Positions 1-12,722 of a stretch of 64,000 bases of DNA are shown piece after piece; the first letter of the stretch is position 1; the number at the start of each line of letters is the position of its first letter. The notes beneath the pieces are model-generated. The model was given only the letters and a program-made list of their open reading frames with translations, ran no database searches and was not told where the DNA came from. The stretch is from Azolla caroliniana (taxonomy: Eukaryota; Plantae; Polypodiophyta): positions 3,906,001-3,970,000 of the forward strand of contig JBHGNT010000018.1 of NCBI GenBank assembly GCA_043228905.1. The letters are read 5' to 3'. The translations under genes were made by a program, and so were the position numbers.

Positions 1-2580
1 GTTGCCAATATAAGTGTCTCTTTCCAGACCCTTACTAGCGATTTGAGAAAATACCTTACGACCTTTATTTTTGGACCCCAGATTACCACAAGCATTTAAA
101 GTACAAGCAAGTGTAATATCATCTGGAGAAATAAACTCTTCTTGCATTCTATCAAAGGAGGCAAGGGCACTATCATCACAGCCGTGGCACACATATCCTG
201 TGATCAAGGTTGTCCAAGTAAACACAGTTCGCACCTGGAGCTTATCAAGCATTACCTCTGTTTCAGCTAGCAAGCCAAATTTTACATACATATCGATCAA
301 TGCACTGTCAATAACCATGTCTCCTCCAAACCCTTCCTGTAAGATTTGGGTATGTACAGCCAAGCCTTTATCTCTATCTCCAATGCAGGAACAAGCTCTT
401 AATATACATGCCAATAAGATCGTGTCTGGTTGAATATTATCGAGGTGCATCCTCTCTAAACAATTGCATACATCCTCCTGATGTCCAAGTTCAATATAGC
501 CAGTGATGAGAGCAGCCCATGAGAAAGCGGAATGGATGGGAAGCCTATGAAACACTTCCTCTGCATCAGAGAACATCCCACATTTTACATACATTTCAAC
601 CAAACTGCTGTGAAGAAGACCGTCAATATCATCCAATCCTTTACAGACCATAATCTCGTGTATTTGTTGACCTTTTTTTACAGTTTCTATATTGCTACAC
701 ACTTTCAAACAATGAACCAATGTCATGGCATCTGGAGAAATACCATCATGTTCCATCTGTTGCAAAAGATCATATGCCTGTTCATACAGCTCATGTTCGA
801 CATATCCTCCAAGAAGTGCATTCCATGAGAATGTTGTTTTATAATGTAACCGATTAAACACTGCCAATAAATCAGGAAATAAAAGGCATTTAGCATACAT
901 GTCAATCAAGGTGCTGCCAATAAAATGGTCTGATTCAAAACCCTTTTTGCATATTTCAGTGTGTATTTTCTGACCGAATCGGATTGCTCCTATATTACTG
1001 CATGCTTTCAACACGGAAGAAAAGGTGACAGCATCTGGTGCAGTCTCAAATTCCATTTTCTCTAAATACTCAACTACTTCGTCAGAATACCCATGTTGAA
1101 CATATCCACCTATTAGTGTATTCCAAGATATGACCTCTCTAGCTAAGATTTTGTTAAAAGTTTCTTTTGCTTCAACAAGATGAGCACATTTAGAATATGC
1201 ATCTATCAAACTGTTTGCAACACTCACATTTCTTTCAAATCCTTTAAGAATAATTCTGTTGTGTACTTCATTAACCTTGTGAATGGCTCCTGACATGCCA
1301 CACACTTTCAAGCAATAAGTGAATGTAATGCTATCTGGAAGGATACACTCATTTGCCATTTGTTTCAAAGAATCAAGTATCTCTTTCTCGTTCCCATCAT
1401 TCACATATCCTCCAATTAATACATTCCAGGAAACCAACGTCCGAATCTGGAGACTATTAAACACGTGGCGCGCATCTGTAAGCAGACCATACTTAGTATA
1501 CATATCGATCAAGGTGTTTCCAATGGTTACATCTCTTTCAAAACCTTTGCTTGTTATTTCTGAATAGGTTTCTGCCCCCATATGAATAGATTGTATGCTA
1601 CTGCATGATTTCAGACAGCAGACGTATGTAACAGTATCAGGAGAAATACCTTCATTCTGCAATTGTTCAAAGCATTTCAATGCTTCCTCGTCATGCCCAT
1701 AGTCTACATAACCAGTTATTAAAGCATTCCAGGAGACCACGTTCCTATCCATAGTTGAATCAAACACTTCCCGAGCTTTTGCAATCCAGCCACATTTCAC
1801 AAACATGTTAACCAATGCACTAGCAACAACAAGATTCTTTTCTAATCCTATTCTAATGATGTAGTCATACAATTCTTGACCTTTGTCAGTATCCTTCACT
1901 ATACCACAAGCTTTCAAGGTGCAAGTAAATGTGGAAGCATCGGGAGAAATCCCTTCCTTTTGCATCTCTTCAAAGTAATTGAGTCCCTCTTTACCATATC
2001 CGTGATTCACGCACGCTGAGATTATGGCAGTCCATGTGACTATATCTCGAATAGAAAGCTTTTCAAATACTTCTTGTGCTTTCAAGATTTCACCATTTTC
2101 ACTGTACATGTCAACCACGGTACTTCCAAGGAAAACATCTTTTCCAAGCAGGCTGTTTCTCGTGATCTGATCATGTATGTCACGACCTATTTCTATATTC
2201 TTCACCTTAATGCAAGCCTTGAGCAAGAGCATGAAAGAATGGCCACTGAGATGAATAGAATCATGTTCTTTCTTCATTACCATGTATATATTAAGGGCTT
2301 TCTCAGGCTCTCCATGTCTCATAAAACCACAGATTAAAGCATTCCATGGATATAAATCACGGCAAATAAGGTTTGGAGGAACCTGCAGAGAACATTTTGT
2401 GTCGCCACATTCAGCCAAAATCGAGATGATAAGGTTCTCCGAAATCCATGGAGGCTGTGCTACTTGGACGCCAATCCTCAGCAAGTAAGCACCCACAAAA
2501 TACACTGTATGGATTCTTCTCTCTCTTCTGCAACTCTGAAGGATACAGAAAAGACACTGTGGAGAAAGAAGAGGCACCAT
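1..2580 (-). CDS. PLS-class pentatricopeptide repeat protein (organellar RNA-editing type); 3' end lies beyond the left window edge
   Basis: ATG at 2580 (MVPLLSPQCLF...) is in frame with base 1 (860 codons); both ends translated by hand. Repeated P/L/S motifs such as DLYPWNALICGFMRHG, DVFLGSTVVDMY, RDIVTWTAIISA, PDASTFTCTLKAC, DTYIGN. Absent from the ORF track because it has no stop in the window. Confidence 0.92.
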   Translation of the reverse strand, partial: MVPLLSPQCLFCILQSCRRERRIHTVYFVGAYLLRIGVQVAQPPWISENLIISILAECGDTKCSLQVPPNLICRDLYPWNALICGFMRHGEPEKALNIYMVMKKEHDSIHLSGHSFMLLLKACIKVKNIEIGRDIHDQITRNSLLGKDVFLGSTVVDMYSENGEILKAQEVFEKLSIRDIVTWTAIISACVNHGYGKEGLNYFEEMQKEGISPDASTFTCTLKACGIVKDTDKGQELYDYIIRIGLEKNLVVASALVNMFVKCGWIAKAREVFDSTMDRNVVSWNALITGYVDYGHDEEALKCFEQLQNEGISPDTVTYVCCLKSCSSIQSIHMGAETYSEITSKGFERDVTIGNTLIDMYTKYGLLTDARHVFNSLQIRTLVSWNVLIGGYVNDGNEKEILDSLKQMANECILPDSITFTYCLKVCGMSGAIHKVNEVHNRIILKGFERNVSVANSLIDAYSKCAHLVEAKETFNKILAREVISWNTLIGGYVQHGYSDEVVEYLEKMEFETAPDAVTFSSVLKACSNIGAIRFGQKIHTEICKKGFESDHFIGSTLIDMYAKCLLFPDLLAVFNRLHYKTTFSWNALLGGYVEHELYEQAYDLLQQMEHDGISPDAMTLVHCLKVCSNIETVKKGQQIHEIMVCKGLDDIDGLLHSSLVEMYVKCGMFSDAEEVFHRLPIHSAFSWAALITGYIELGHQEDVCNCLERMHLDNIQPDTILLACILRACSCIGDRDKGLAVHTQILQEGFGGDMVIDSALIDMYVKFGLLAETEVMLDKLQVRTVFTWTTLITGYVCHGCDDSALASFDRMQEEFISPDDITLACTLNACGNLGSKNKGRKVFSQIASKGLERDTYIGN

Positions 2581-2659
2581 AACTCGCCGCCTCCATATCT
2601 AGGGTCGGATGAATCCATCATCGTCCGGGCAGCAGGGGAGTGTAGCAGAACTCCATGCC

Positions 2660-2995
2660 TGTCTTTCTGCTTTCTGCTTTCTGCTTTCTGCTTCTTGATT
2701 TTTGATTTTTGGTCTTTGCTTTTTTATTTTTGGTCTTTGGTTTTTGTTTTTTTTGTTTTTGTTTTTCAATTTTTGCTTTTTCTTTTTCAATTTTTGCTTT
2801 TTGCTTTTTGTTTTTTGCTTTTAGTATTTTGTATTTTGTTCTTTGCTTTTTGTATTTTGTTTTTTGCTTTTTGCTTTTTGTATTTTGTATTTTTTGTTTT
2901 CTGTTTTTTGTTTTTTGTATTTTGTATTTTGTATTTTGGTTTTTGGTTTTTGGTTTTTTGGTTTTTTGGTTTTTGTTTTTTGTTTTTTGTTTTCC
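2660..2995. repeat. T-rich low-complexity minisatellite (TTTTG/TTTTTGC/TTTTGTA) upstream of the PPR start
   Basis: Visible degenerate 6-7 bp T-rich units; they explain the spurious Phe-rich ORFs. Confidence 0.9.
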
Positions 2996-5173
2996 AATTA
3001 TTTGTAAGTCTAGAAATTGCTAATAAACTTAGAATCTCTGGTAGTTACTAGTAAGTCGTCCATCAATAGCTCGTTAAATGAGAAGAACTCCTGAATGAGT
3101 TTGTAAGTGAAATCATAAGTGGTTTTAATTGGAGCAAGGATAGTGGAGGAGCAAGGCATACATGTTCTTCAAGAATCATAAAACATTGTTCCAAATTGTC
3201 ATTGCAACGAACTGTTGGTTTAATAGACTTACAAATTTTACTTTAAAGATCAATAAAACATGTAGTCAATTGCAAATACATATTGTGAAATGATTTTCCC
3301 AGAAAACCAACAGAATCAAGGAACAAATAATTTTCTAATTGAGAAGTATTGATTTGGAACACACTAGTAACTAACTAAATGTCCTAAGTAATTATCAAGG
3401 TGATACCTTTGGCACAGTGATAATCATATCTCTTGAGCCCATTATTGTTAAGATGTAAAACTTTGAATAATGTGGGGGAATTGTTGGGCTTCCTCTCTCA
3501 TCATGGAAATAATGTATATCACATGCATTGGGTTTATGAGTTTGTTCTTGTTCATCAAAACCTTACACAATAAATTAGTTAAAACCATCATGGCATGGAA
3601 TGTTGAATCGTGTTTTCCTTAATGGGCTACGTGACTAACTCATACCTTGGAATGTTGCACTTCCAAGTGTTATGATCGAGTCATGTGACACCTTCCTCTT
3701 TGTTGCCCAAATTGAGGCATTGGGGTGTTGTCACTCCCCAATGGCAAATGCCCCTATATACATCAACAAACAAAAACGCTTGCCTCTCCACTCAATGCAA
3801 CCGTGGAAGCCTTGAAGGCTTCTTAAGTTAATGTTAAATTAACACACAATCATTGCATTAATCAAGGAATATGATCGTCTTAATTTAGAAGATAATTATT
3901 ATATTAGTAGTACTATATGTCTCAATTAAGTAGATAATTATTAAGCAAAAAACATGCATATCTCCATTAATTAACGTGGAAAAGTTACGTAGAAGAAAGT
4001 GGCTCTTAGTGGATGCAAAGGGGAGAGAACGAGAACCAAAGGGTAGCTCAAAAGGGCACCCAAAGGCCCCTTTTACATGAGTTGGAAACCCTAAAGGGTC
4101 CCTTATCACATTACAATTTACTCTCCCATTGGCCATTTACGATTCTCGTCTAAAAAAAGGGTGGTTCCCCACAATTTTTAATATGGTATGTTTCTTATAT
4201 TCTTATAACTAATCTTTCACCTTGGAAACACTAAGCCTTATAGCTTTGTTAAAACTAAAAAATATACATTATTTCCCTTAAAAATGTATTATTTGCCTTG
4301 ACATAAAGGCAATGCACTAAAATAATAAGTTTGTGCGAGAACAAGCCGAATGTTTGTTAGTGGTTGCCAAGATATGTTACCCTAGTAATGTTGATATCTC
4401 ACCCCCTCAAAGGTTGATTTAGGTATCAAGAACAATATTGGATAAATTCTTATATTTGAAGTACTAGGTCTAGCCATTTGCTACTTGACTCAAAGTGGTA
4501 CATGAAATAATGGTCCTATTATATATTGTCATTGTCATTACTAACATGGACAAAGAAATCACTCAATTGATGAAGAAAGGGTTAAGATTAGGCATGGTTT
4601 GGGTTTCAATAACTCATAAACATACCCAAAAGTATTAAGAGGGGAAAACCTACTAAAATTGGAAGATTATATGGTTGTCTGAAGATTCAAACTCTTAAAA
4701 GTGTATGTGTAGGAACTCAACCATGGGTGGAAATAATAAGTTATCTTGTTGGAAAGGGTGGTATGCCCAACCGAAATATGAGGTTGTGTCTTCATGGGGT
4801 CATGATGTCAATAATGCACAATCATTTAAATGGTTAGAATCTATTATAGTTTGTAAATAATTATATTGTGTAACTATAGTAGGGGGAAATTGGAATAGAT
4901 TAGATGTGTGTGTGTGTGAGAGAAGAGACATGAGGCCGATAGAAGATAAAAGACTCAAATGTAAATTAATAATGAGTAAGAAAATACAATACTTAAAATA
5001 TTAAAATCAAACCTAGAGTTTGCACTCTTAGAGTATTTAATAAAGGTTATTGTTTAAAATTTCAATCAAATTTCAACTAATATTATTAGTAAAGAATAAA
5101 GATTTGGGAATATATATCATTATTACATGATGATGATATTATTTTAAGCGTGTTATAAAAAAACATATAATAT

Positions 5174-8100
5174 TGTGAAATGTCTCAAACTCTCCTACTT
5201 TCTTCCATTACATCTCAACTCTTTTATAGAGTCTCTTAGTACATTCCAAGACACCTTTTATTATCTTGGCACGCTTATATTTACTCCTCTAGTTACCTCT
5301 AACTAACCCCTAACTAAACTAAGGTATAACTCTGAGGGGTTTGACCTTGTGGTTTTACCACACGATCCCACAACTCCCCCTTTCAAAAAACCTATGCATA
5401 TCGGTTGTGCTTGATGGTGCCTCTGATTCATTGTTGTGGGAGCTACATTTGATAAGTTGCCATTACAAATGGCGTCCAGGTTGCTCGTGTTCGATGGCGT
5501 CTCTAGTTCATCCTGCTTGTTGGCTAGGACTGAAGGGCTTTCTGATTTGTCATTGCAGGGGACATCATGGTGAGTTGCTTATTCTTGTGATGCCTGATTT
5601 GTCGTAATATCCATGGAGTGCTTGACATATGGCTTCATCCACATCACATGTGCATAGGTCATCCGCCCATTAGGATCTCAATGGAGGGAATAGGTGTTGG
5701 TCCTCATTGATCGAATGACAATAAAAAGGTTGATCCATCTATGCATCATTGATTCACCGAGTCTCGTCGCCTGATCGGGAAATAGACTAGGACCTTGGCT
5801 CCAGTTGTGTACTCTACCACATGTCAGCCTTTATCATAGCACCACTTTTGTCGGGACTGAGATAGTTGTAGGTTCTTGTGCATGCTCAATCATAAGATAG
5901 GTTGGATCTGTTGCAAGTATAGGCACCAATCCATTGGGTCGGCTCAAGTATTTTTGTTGGGTAGGTCCATATTGATGTCAGGGGGTAAGCGGGGGTCTCC
6001 CCCATATAGTGCTCAAAAAGGGTTGATTCGAGTCGAGGCTTGCATCAAGGTGTTATACACATGTGTGATGAAGGGTAGGATCAAGTCCCACGTTGTCAGT
6101 AATGGGTCGATGAATGCGGTAAGTTGTTGTTTAATCGTCTTGTTCATCTATTCTGTTAATCCATTTGTATGGGGGTGATATGGTGAGGTAAATATCGATT
6201 GAATGCCTAATTGTGTGGCTAATGCTTGCAGTACCTTTTCGCTAGATTACGGTCCTTTATCTGATAGGATGCAAGCTGGGCAGCCATGTGGGAAAACAAT
6301 TCGCTCTATCAGCTTTGTTGCTATGGTGACGGCTTGTGCATCCAGAATTGCGGCGGTTTTGGTTCATCGCGTCAAGTATTCGGAGATGACTAAGGTATAC
6401 TTGTTTCCTGCCTGGGATTCGGGAAAAGGGCCAACGATATCTCATCTATTAACTCAAAGGGTTCAGAAACGGTAATAGTTGGAGTTGGTCATCATTGGAA
6501 TGGGGCGGTTTAATCTCTTGACACGATTGGCATTGTTTGATGTAATCCGCGATCATTGTACGCATTTGTGGCCAATAATATCAGAGACTGATCTTTTTCC
6601 AAAACCATCGGTGATCATGAAAAATTTGCATATATAAATTCTGCAAGCTATGTGGTATGTATATTCGTGGCTCTTTTCCTGTTTGTATAAAGTATAAGAC
6701 ATTGTTTTGTAGTTGGAAATGGGTGTGTGCCTTTTTGCATGATGTTGATTGGATCTCATGGATGATTTGTCGTATTTGCTCATCAACATGTTGTAGGCTG
6801 CTATCTGTGCCATCGTTGTGGGTATTTGGACTAGTGTAGGATTGAATTGAACACATTGTGTTTCCACTCTTGACAGACCATCGGCGATTAGATTTTGACC
6901 TCCTTTTTTATAAGTTAATGTGAACCGATATTCCTGTAAAGCCATTGCCCATCCTAATAGAAGACTTGGTGGGTATGGCTTGTTAATTAGATGAATTAGG
7001 GACTAGTGTTCTGTTTCTACCTTGACGTGGGTGCCATGCAAATAGGGATGGAACTTTGTGAAAGCTCATACGATTGCTAACCATTCATTTTTTGTTGTGG
7101 AGTAATTCTTTTTTGCAGGTGTAAGGGATTGACTTATATAGGCAATCGGCCGCTCTGCTCATGTTGTATCTACTTGTACTAGTACAACTCCCAACCCATC
7201 ATTGGATGCATGTATCTACAAAGGGAAGGGGCATGAGAAATTGGGGTGAGCCAACTGACCTGCTTGGTGTAGTGTGTCTTTCAATTGGATGAAGTTGTTC
7301 TCACATTTAGTTGTCCACTCAAACTTTGAGCCTTTTCGTAATAGGTGTTGTAGGAGTGTTGTCATGGTGGCCATGTTGGGGATGAATCAGAGTGAAAAAG
7401 TCACCATGCCTAAGAAATGCTGCAAGGACTTGACTATGGCTGGTTGGGGAAATTTGGTCACGGCCTCGATTTTCTTTGGGTTCATCTGTAGGCCTTTGGC
7501 AGAAATGATGTAGCCCAAAAACTTTAGTTGGGTGCTACCCCATCTGCATTTCTTCCACTGTAATTTCAGATTGTGTTGTTGTATTCGTTGTAGAACTGCT
7601 TGTAATGCCTGAATGTGCTGTGGCCATGTGGAAGTATGAATTAAAATGTCATCTAGGTATACGAGCATTGTACCGTCAGAGATAAGGTATGCGAATATTG
7701 AATTTGTCATCCTGTAAAACATGTTGCCTGCATCGGATAAGCCAAATGGCATCATGTTGAATTGGAATAGGCCTCTTCGTGTTCTGAAAGTTGTCTTATG
7801 TATGTCTTTTGGGTCCATTGGAATTTGCCAATATCCTGCCGCAAGTTCAATACAGGTGAAGTACGGCAAGCATCCCAAATGGTCCAAGAGATCATCGATT
7901 CACGACAGGGGGTAAAGGTCATGGATGGTGACTTGATTGAGCTTGCGAAAGTCAACACAAAATTTGTATGTGCCGTCATCCTTCTTGACCATGTGTGGCT
8001 CTGATACCCAATCACTATGTGAGGGTGAGATGATCCCCATTTGAAGCATCTCATTCACTGCCTGGTCAATGCGTGCATGATCTAAAGAGGAACGTCGCCT

Positions 8101-10211
8101 TGTTGTGGTCCAAATGGGTGTTCTAATGCTTGTGTTGATGACATGTTGGTCTGGGAATGAGAATGTAGTGGGCTTGTCGAATGAGTTGATTAGCTCGAGG
8201 TATTTAACTAAAACATTTTGCACATCATTTAGTTGAACCTCCTTGCTCAATGTTACCTGGGCATTGCTGATTTGGTGGGCACGTTTGCTTGTGAACAGGG
8301 GAATTGACCTTGGTTGCGGTAATGTGAGGTGATGTGTATCGAAATCAAGTTGGGCCATGCTCTACATGAACCAATCACATCCAAGTGTGAGTGGGAACAA
8401 TTGATGCACACGTATGTAAAAGGTGTGTGTGATTGTGGTTGGGCCAAGCTTGAGTGTGTAGACGGTTGTGGTGTTGGACTGATATAGGCATTGGTGATTG
8501 CCGAACAACACCTTGATGGAGGGGGGGGGGGGGGGGGGCTTTGGAGGTTGCAAGATTGAGGCGATTGACCAAATCTTGGCTGATGGAAGATATGCTACTA
8601 CCGGAATCGAAGAGAACTTCATGTGGGCTATGGAGGATTGTGGCGATGGATGTGCGCACCGAAGAACTTGAGGATGTGGATGCTTGTATATGTGAGAGAA
8701 CAGTTTTTTGACAAGTTGGCCCAATAACTGTTGTTAGCCAACTATACTTGCACATTTTGCTTCTGTGTTTGAGCCATTTCCGACAGTGTTTCTTCACGTG
8801 CCCATAGTTATTGCAGAAAAAACATTTAGGTCTTCCTTGTGCATCACGCGTTGGCAAAGTCCTTCTTGCTTGTAGACTTGTAGTTAAGCATTTTGGACAT
8901 CGACTTCCATTGGTGTGGTGTTGCTATTGTATTGCTTCTCGGAAGTGTCATTGGATGACCAGGTCATTTGGAGCTCTGTTTGTGTTGCTACTTCAATGCA
9001 TTGTGCAATGAGGATGGCTTCTTGAAATGTATTGGGGCCTTGATCGCACACTTGACGATATATATCTGGGTGTAGCCGTGGCTATAAGAAGAATAGCTTC
9101 ATCAATTCTGGCATTGTCGGATTTGTACGGGTAAGTAATTGACATTGACATTCTTGAAATGTATTGGGGCCTTGATCGCGCACTTGACGATATATATCTG
9201 GGTGTAGCCGTGGCTATAAGAAGAATAGCTTCATCAATTCTGGCATTGTCGGATTTGTACGGGTAAGTAATTGACATTGTAATCGTATTGCAAATTGTGT
9301 TACTGGCTCATGTTGTTGTTTGATTGTCTCTAGTTGTTGTAGCATCGTCTAAGTTGAGTCATGGTGAGCAAAATTCCTGATCATGAGGGATTTAAGTATC
9401 AACCAATTGTTCTTGGCCTCCTCTTTTTGTTGAATGAACCATGTTGTTGCGATACCCCCCAATAACGTTCTCATTTCTAGTGCTTTCCGGGTTTTGGGCC
9501 ATTGATGATAGCTTTCCACCATTTCAAAATGATCGAGCCAAGAAAGGATGTCCTCATACGGTAGACCAGAGAAGGATTTAGGTTGTACTCGTGGATCTAG
9601 GCGATTAGCGTGCCTATCTGTTTGCGAAGAGAAAAAAGATAGCATGTCTTGATTAGTCATATTTGATTGTATTGCGATGTTAGATACAACTTGTGTTAGT
9701 TGATCTATTTGGAAAGTTTGACGGTTTTCTTGGTGTTGTTGTAGGAATTTTGGATTCATGTCGGTGAATTCTATTACGTTGTTGTTATGTATTGGGGATG
9801 CCATATGATGTATGTTGGTTTCGACTTGTTGTGCCTGCATCTTGTTGTGTTGGGGTATCGTTGCGACTTCTTCTTCTTACTGTGGTGGTGTCTGATCTGT
9901 TAGAGTAGCATCTTCTTTTGTTGCGGCTCTTTCTTGATGTGGTGTCTAAGTGATGCCTGTCTTCTTCACCAAAGTTTGTGAAATGCCTCAAACTCTCCTC
10001 CTTTCTTCCATTACATCTCAACTCTTTTATAGAGTCTCTTTGTGCCTTCCAAGATACCTTTTATTATCTTAGCACGCTTATAGTTACTCCTCTAGTTACC
10101 TCTAACTAACCCCTAACTAAACTAAGGTATAACTCCCCTAACCCTAGTAACTTATAGTTACTTGGGTTAGGTGAGGGGTTTGGCCCTGTGGTTTTACCAC
10201 ACGGTCCCATA
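5174..10211 (-). mobile_element. Degenerate Ty3/gypsy LTR retrotransposon with short LTRs (5174-5372 and 9977-10211)
   Basis: Direct repeats TGTGAAATG...CCCACA/CCCATA; PPT (ACTCCCCCTTT on +) next to the left LTR; gag (FSGLPYEDILSWLDHFE), zinc knuckle CFFCNNYGHVKKHC, protease LFDSGS, RT (FCVDFRKLN, MPFGL, VYLDDIL), RNase H and integrase fragments in gypsy order; many stops/frameshifts; ATAT on both flanks. Confidence 0.92.
9019..9277. repeat. 132-bp tandem duplication inside gypsy gag
   Basis: TTCTTGAAATGTATTGG recurs at 9019 and 9151; duplicated peptide MSITYPYKSDNARIDEAILL... in the ORF track. Confidence 0.9.
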
Positions 10212-10464
10212 ATATAAATATATTATTATACACACTTAATAATAGATACATATATTTATTTATAATATGTGACATATATATAAGATATATGACATGGAAA
10301 ATAGAATTTTAACATGTCATTTGACATATATAATTTTTAGGGGTTTTTCACATGAAAATGGAAATTTTAACTTTATATATCATTTGATGGACATTTTTAT
10401 TAGGTGTATGTTTTTTACGAGCATGACACCCATCAAATTTTTGTCTTGACTACCGACCCACCAA

Positions 10465-10730
10465 GTATAAAGGAAAGAGGGAGATGCTTTATATGAAGTC
10501 ACCCTCTCTCTGCATTCTCTCACTAACACGCCCACTCTCTCTCTAGCAACTATAGAAGCTCATGTGTCATGGGGACCGTGGAAACTCATTAGTAATGTGT
10601 CATAGAATATGATTCTATGTCACAAAGTTAATGTTAGAAAGTAGTGGTGACCTTTGACCTTTGAGTGTTCATACATTCTCAAGAAAGGTGTGTTCACACA
10701 CCAAACTTAGGTTGAGTTTGATTCTCAACA
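10465..10730 (-). mobile_element. Partial LTR related to the LTRs of the copia element at 33080-38512
   Basis: Reverse complement begins TGTTGAGAATCAAACTCAAC and shares TGTGAACACACCTTT, CTCAAAGGTCAA, CATAGAATCATATTCTATGACAC and GAGGGTGAC with the LTR at 33080. Confidence 0.8.
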
Positions 10731-10799
10731 TAGTTCAACACTTAGTGCTCTTTTGGTGACAAAGTATGAGATTCGCCATGTGGCAATTGCCATGGTGTA

Positions 10800-12650
10800 G
10801 ACAATACAATATTTCTCTACCAATAGGGATTCTTTCATTCTCATGACTCCTACATTGGGATGGAGAGCTAAGTCTCAAGTCTGATTTCACTTGACAAAAG
10901 TTGGTTTACTGGTAATAGGGCAAAAGGCCATTTTAGTGCCATGCAAACTTATCATGGCCTAATGGAGAATGTGAAGCAAGTTTCATATATCTCCTAAGTA
11001 TGATTGTATTTGGTGATCACGATCTTCATTACCTATATCTAGAATTGGATGTAGATGACTCATGGAAATATTTTGGAATTTCCAACAATTGAATCTACAA
11101 TGATCAAGGATGATGCCAAGAAAACAAAGAATGATTGATGCACAACTTGTATGGGAGAGAGAGAGAGAGAGAGAGAATCTTGAGAAGGGGATGCTTGTAT
11201 GGAACCAATTTGCATTGGCTTCCAACTTACATATTAATCGGAGGAAGCCTAGTCTCATATCATGCACTAAAAGGGATTTGGAATGTTTAGGATGACAAGG
11301 ATTCGTGGTTAGGAAAGACTCTATTTTTCGAACTTGGGGTATCCATCGGGAATGAATGTTACAAATGGTTAATTGATTGAATGGATGTCTAGTAAGTTAA
11401 GGGATGGCAAGTTCATGTATTGAAAGTCATAATCTTGGCCATGTCATGTATGCTTGAAGGTTGTACAATGTATTATGGAACCCATGATATTATATTACTC
11501 GTCATTGCTGCAATGGACAAAGAAAGTTTTGCATTCTGTTTTACAACCTCTTTGATATTGTTGTGGAGGAAGAGGGATAAGATAGGAATCACATGGGTTG
11601 AGTGGAATCATCTAGCAACCCCTAAGCGTCTAGGGGGAGTTGGAATATTGGACTTACCTATCCATATGATGGCTCGTAGATTTCCATTATTGCAAGATGT
11701 GTGTTCACACTCACAACCATGGGTATCTATTGTTCAATATTTCATTGAGAAAAATGGTTCAACACGTGGGAGGACAACGATTAAGGCTTCATGATGGCAA
11801 TTACTAAATAGACGTATTTCACTTAATATTCTTGGCATGTGTTCAACAATTGGTTATCTCATGGTAATAATCACTCTTGTTATGTGCATGGAAACCATCT
11901 TCTATTAGAGAGCATTCTAATTCTTTGCAAAAAGAGTTACTTATGTCTTCCCGGTTATTATGTTGGCTTGGAAAGAGAGATTGCGCTCTTAGTTTAATCG
12001 CCTATTTCATTTGGGGGTCAAAGAGGTGGGAGATATAGTTGAGGTTCCATTACAAAGAATTTTGGAGTTTGTTGAATTGTGACAATTATTACGCATCCCG
12101 CCTAATTATGGGTTTATATGGCAACAACTACAAAATATTGCATTGATGCAAGGCCCTTTACTTTTACAAACAAAAGAACAACCATGGATTGATTGGTGTT
12201 TACAGGGTTAGACACCGTTTTTACAAGTGACTACTAATATTTTGTATCATAGCTTCGTTGAGTCTCTTGGATGGCTATATGTAAGGCTGAAGAAGAATGG
12301 AAAATACATAACTCTGATCATAGATGGTAGCAGATCTTAAAACGTAGTTGCCATTCTAAATTGCCACTTGTAGCAAAGGTCTTCCTTTGCAGAGTTTTGA
12401 TTGTTGAACTACATTTGGGATTACCTCTAAAGCGTTGTGGATTGGCAACGGGCAATTGATTCTTTTGCACTGTTCAAATGGAAGATAATACTCATCGTTT
12501 TATACAATGTCTGATTGCTTGTCACATTTGGAGGTACATTTCTCAAATTGGGCAAGTTTGATCACAATGTTATTTGATGCCTAGATAGTGGGTGTTTGCA
12601 CAAATTATTAAGTAGTGATTTCACACACATTTATTAATATATTGTGTGTT
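10800..12650 (+). mobile_element. Heavily decayed L1-type LINE ORF2 3' fragment
   Basis: ITWVEWNHLATPKRLGGVGILDL (plant L1 post-RT motif) and a zf-RVT-like FFC...ED..H.FIQC...HIW remnant near 12460-12530; ends at an (AG)n tract. Boundaries approximate. Confidence 0.7.
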
Positions 12651-12653
12651 TTC

Positions 12654-12655
<2 letters not shown>

Positions 12656-12719
<64 letters not shown>
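12656..12719. repeat. (AG)n microsatellite
   Basis: Directly visible. Confidence 0.97.

Positions 12720-12722
<3 letters not shown>

Noticed and set aside
71-2488. Short plus-strand ORFs
   Set aside because: Antisense shadows of the PPR coding sequence.
2464-3051. Phe-rich membrane protein ORFs
   Set aside because: Translation of a T-rich low-complexity tract.
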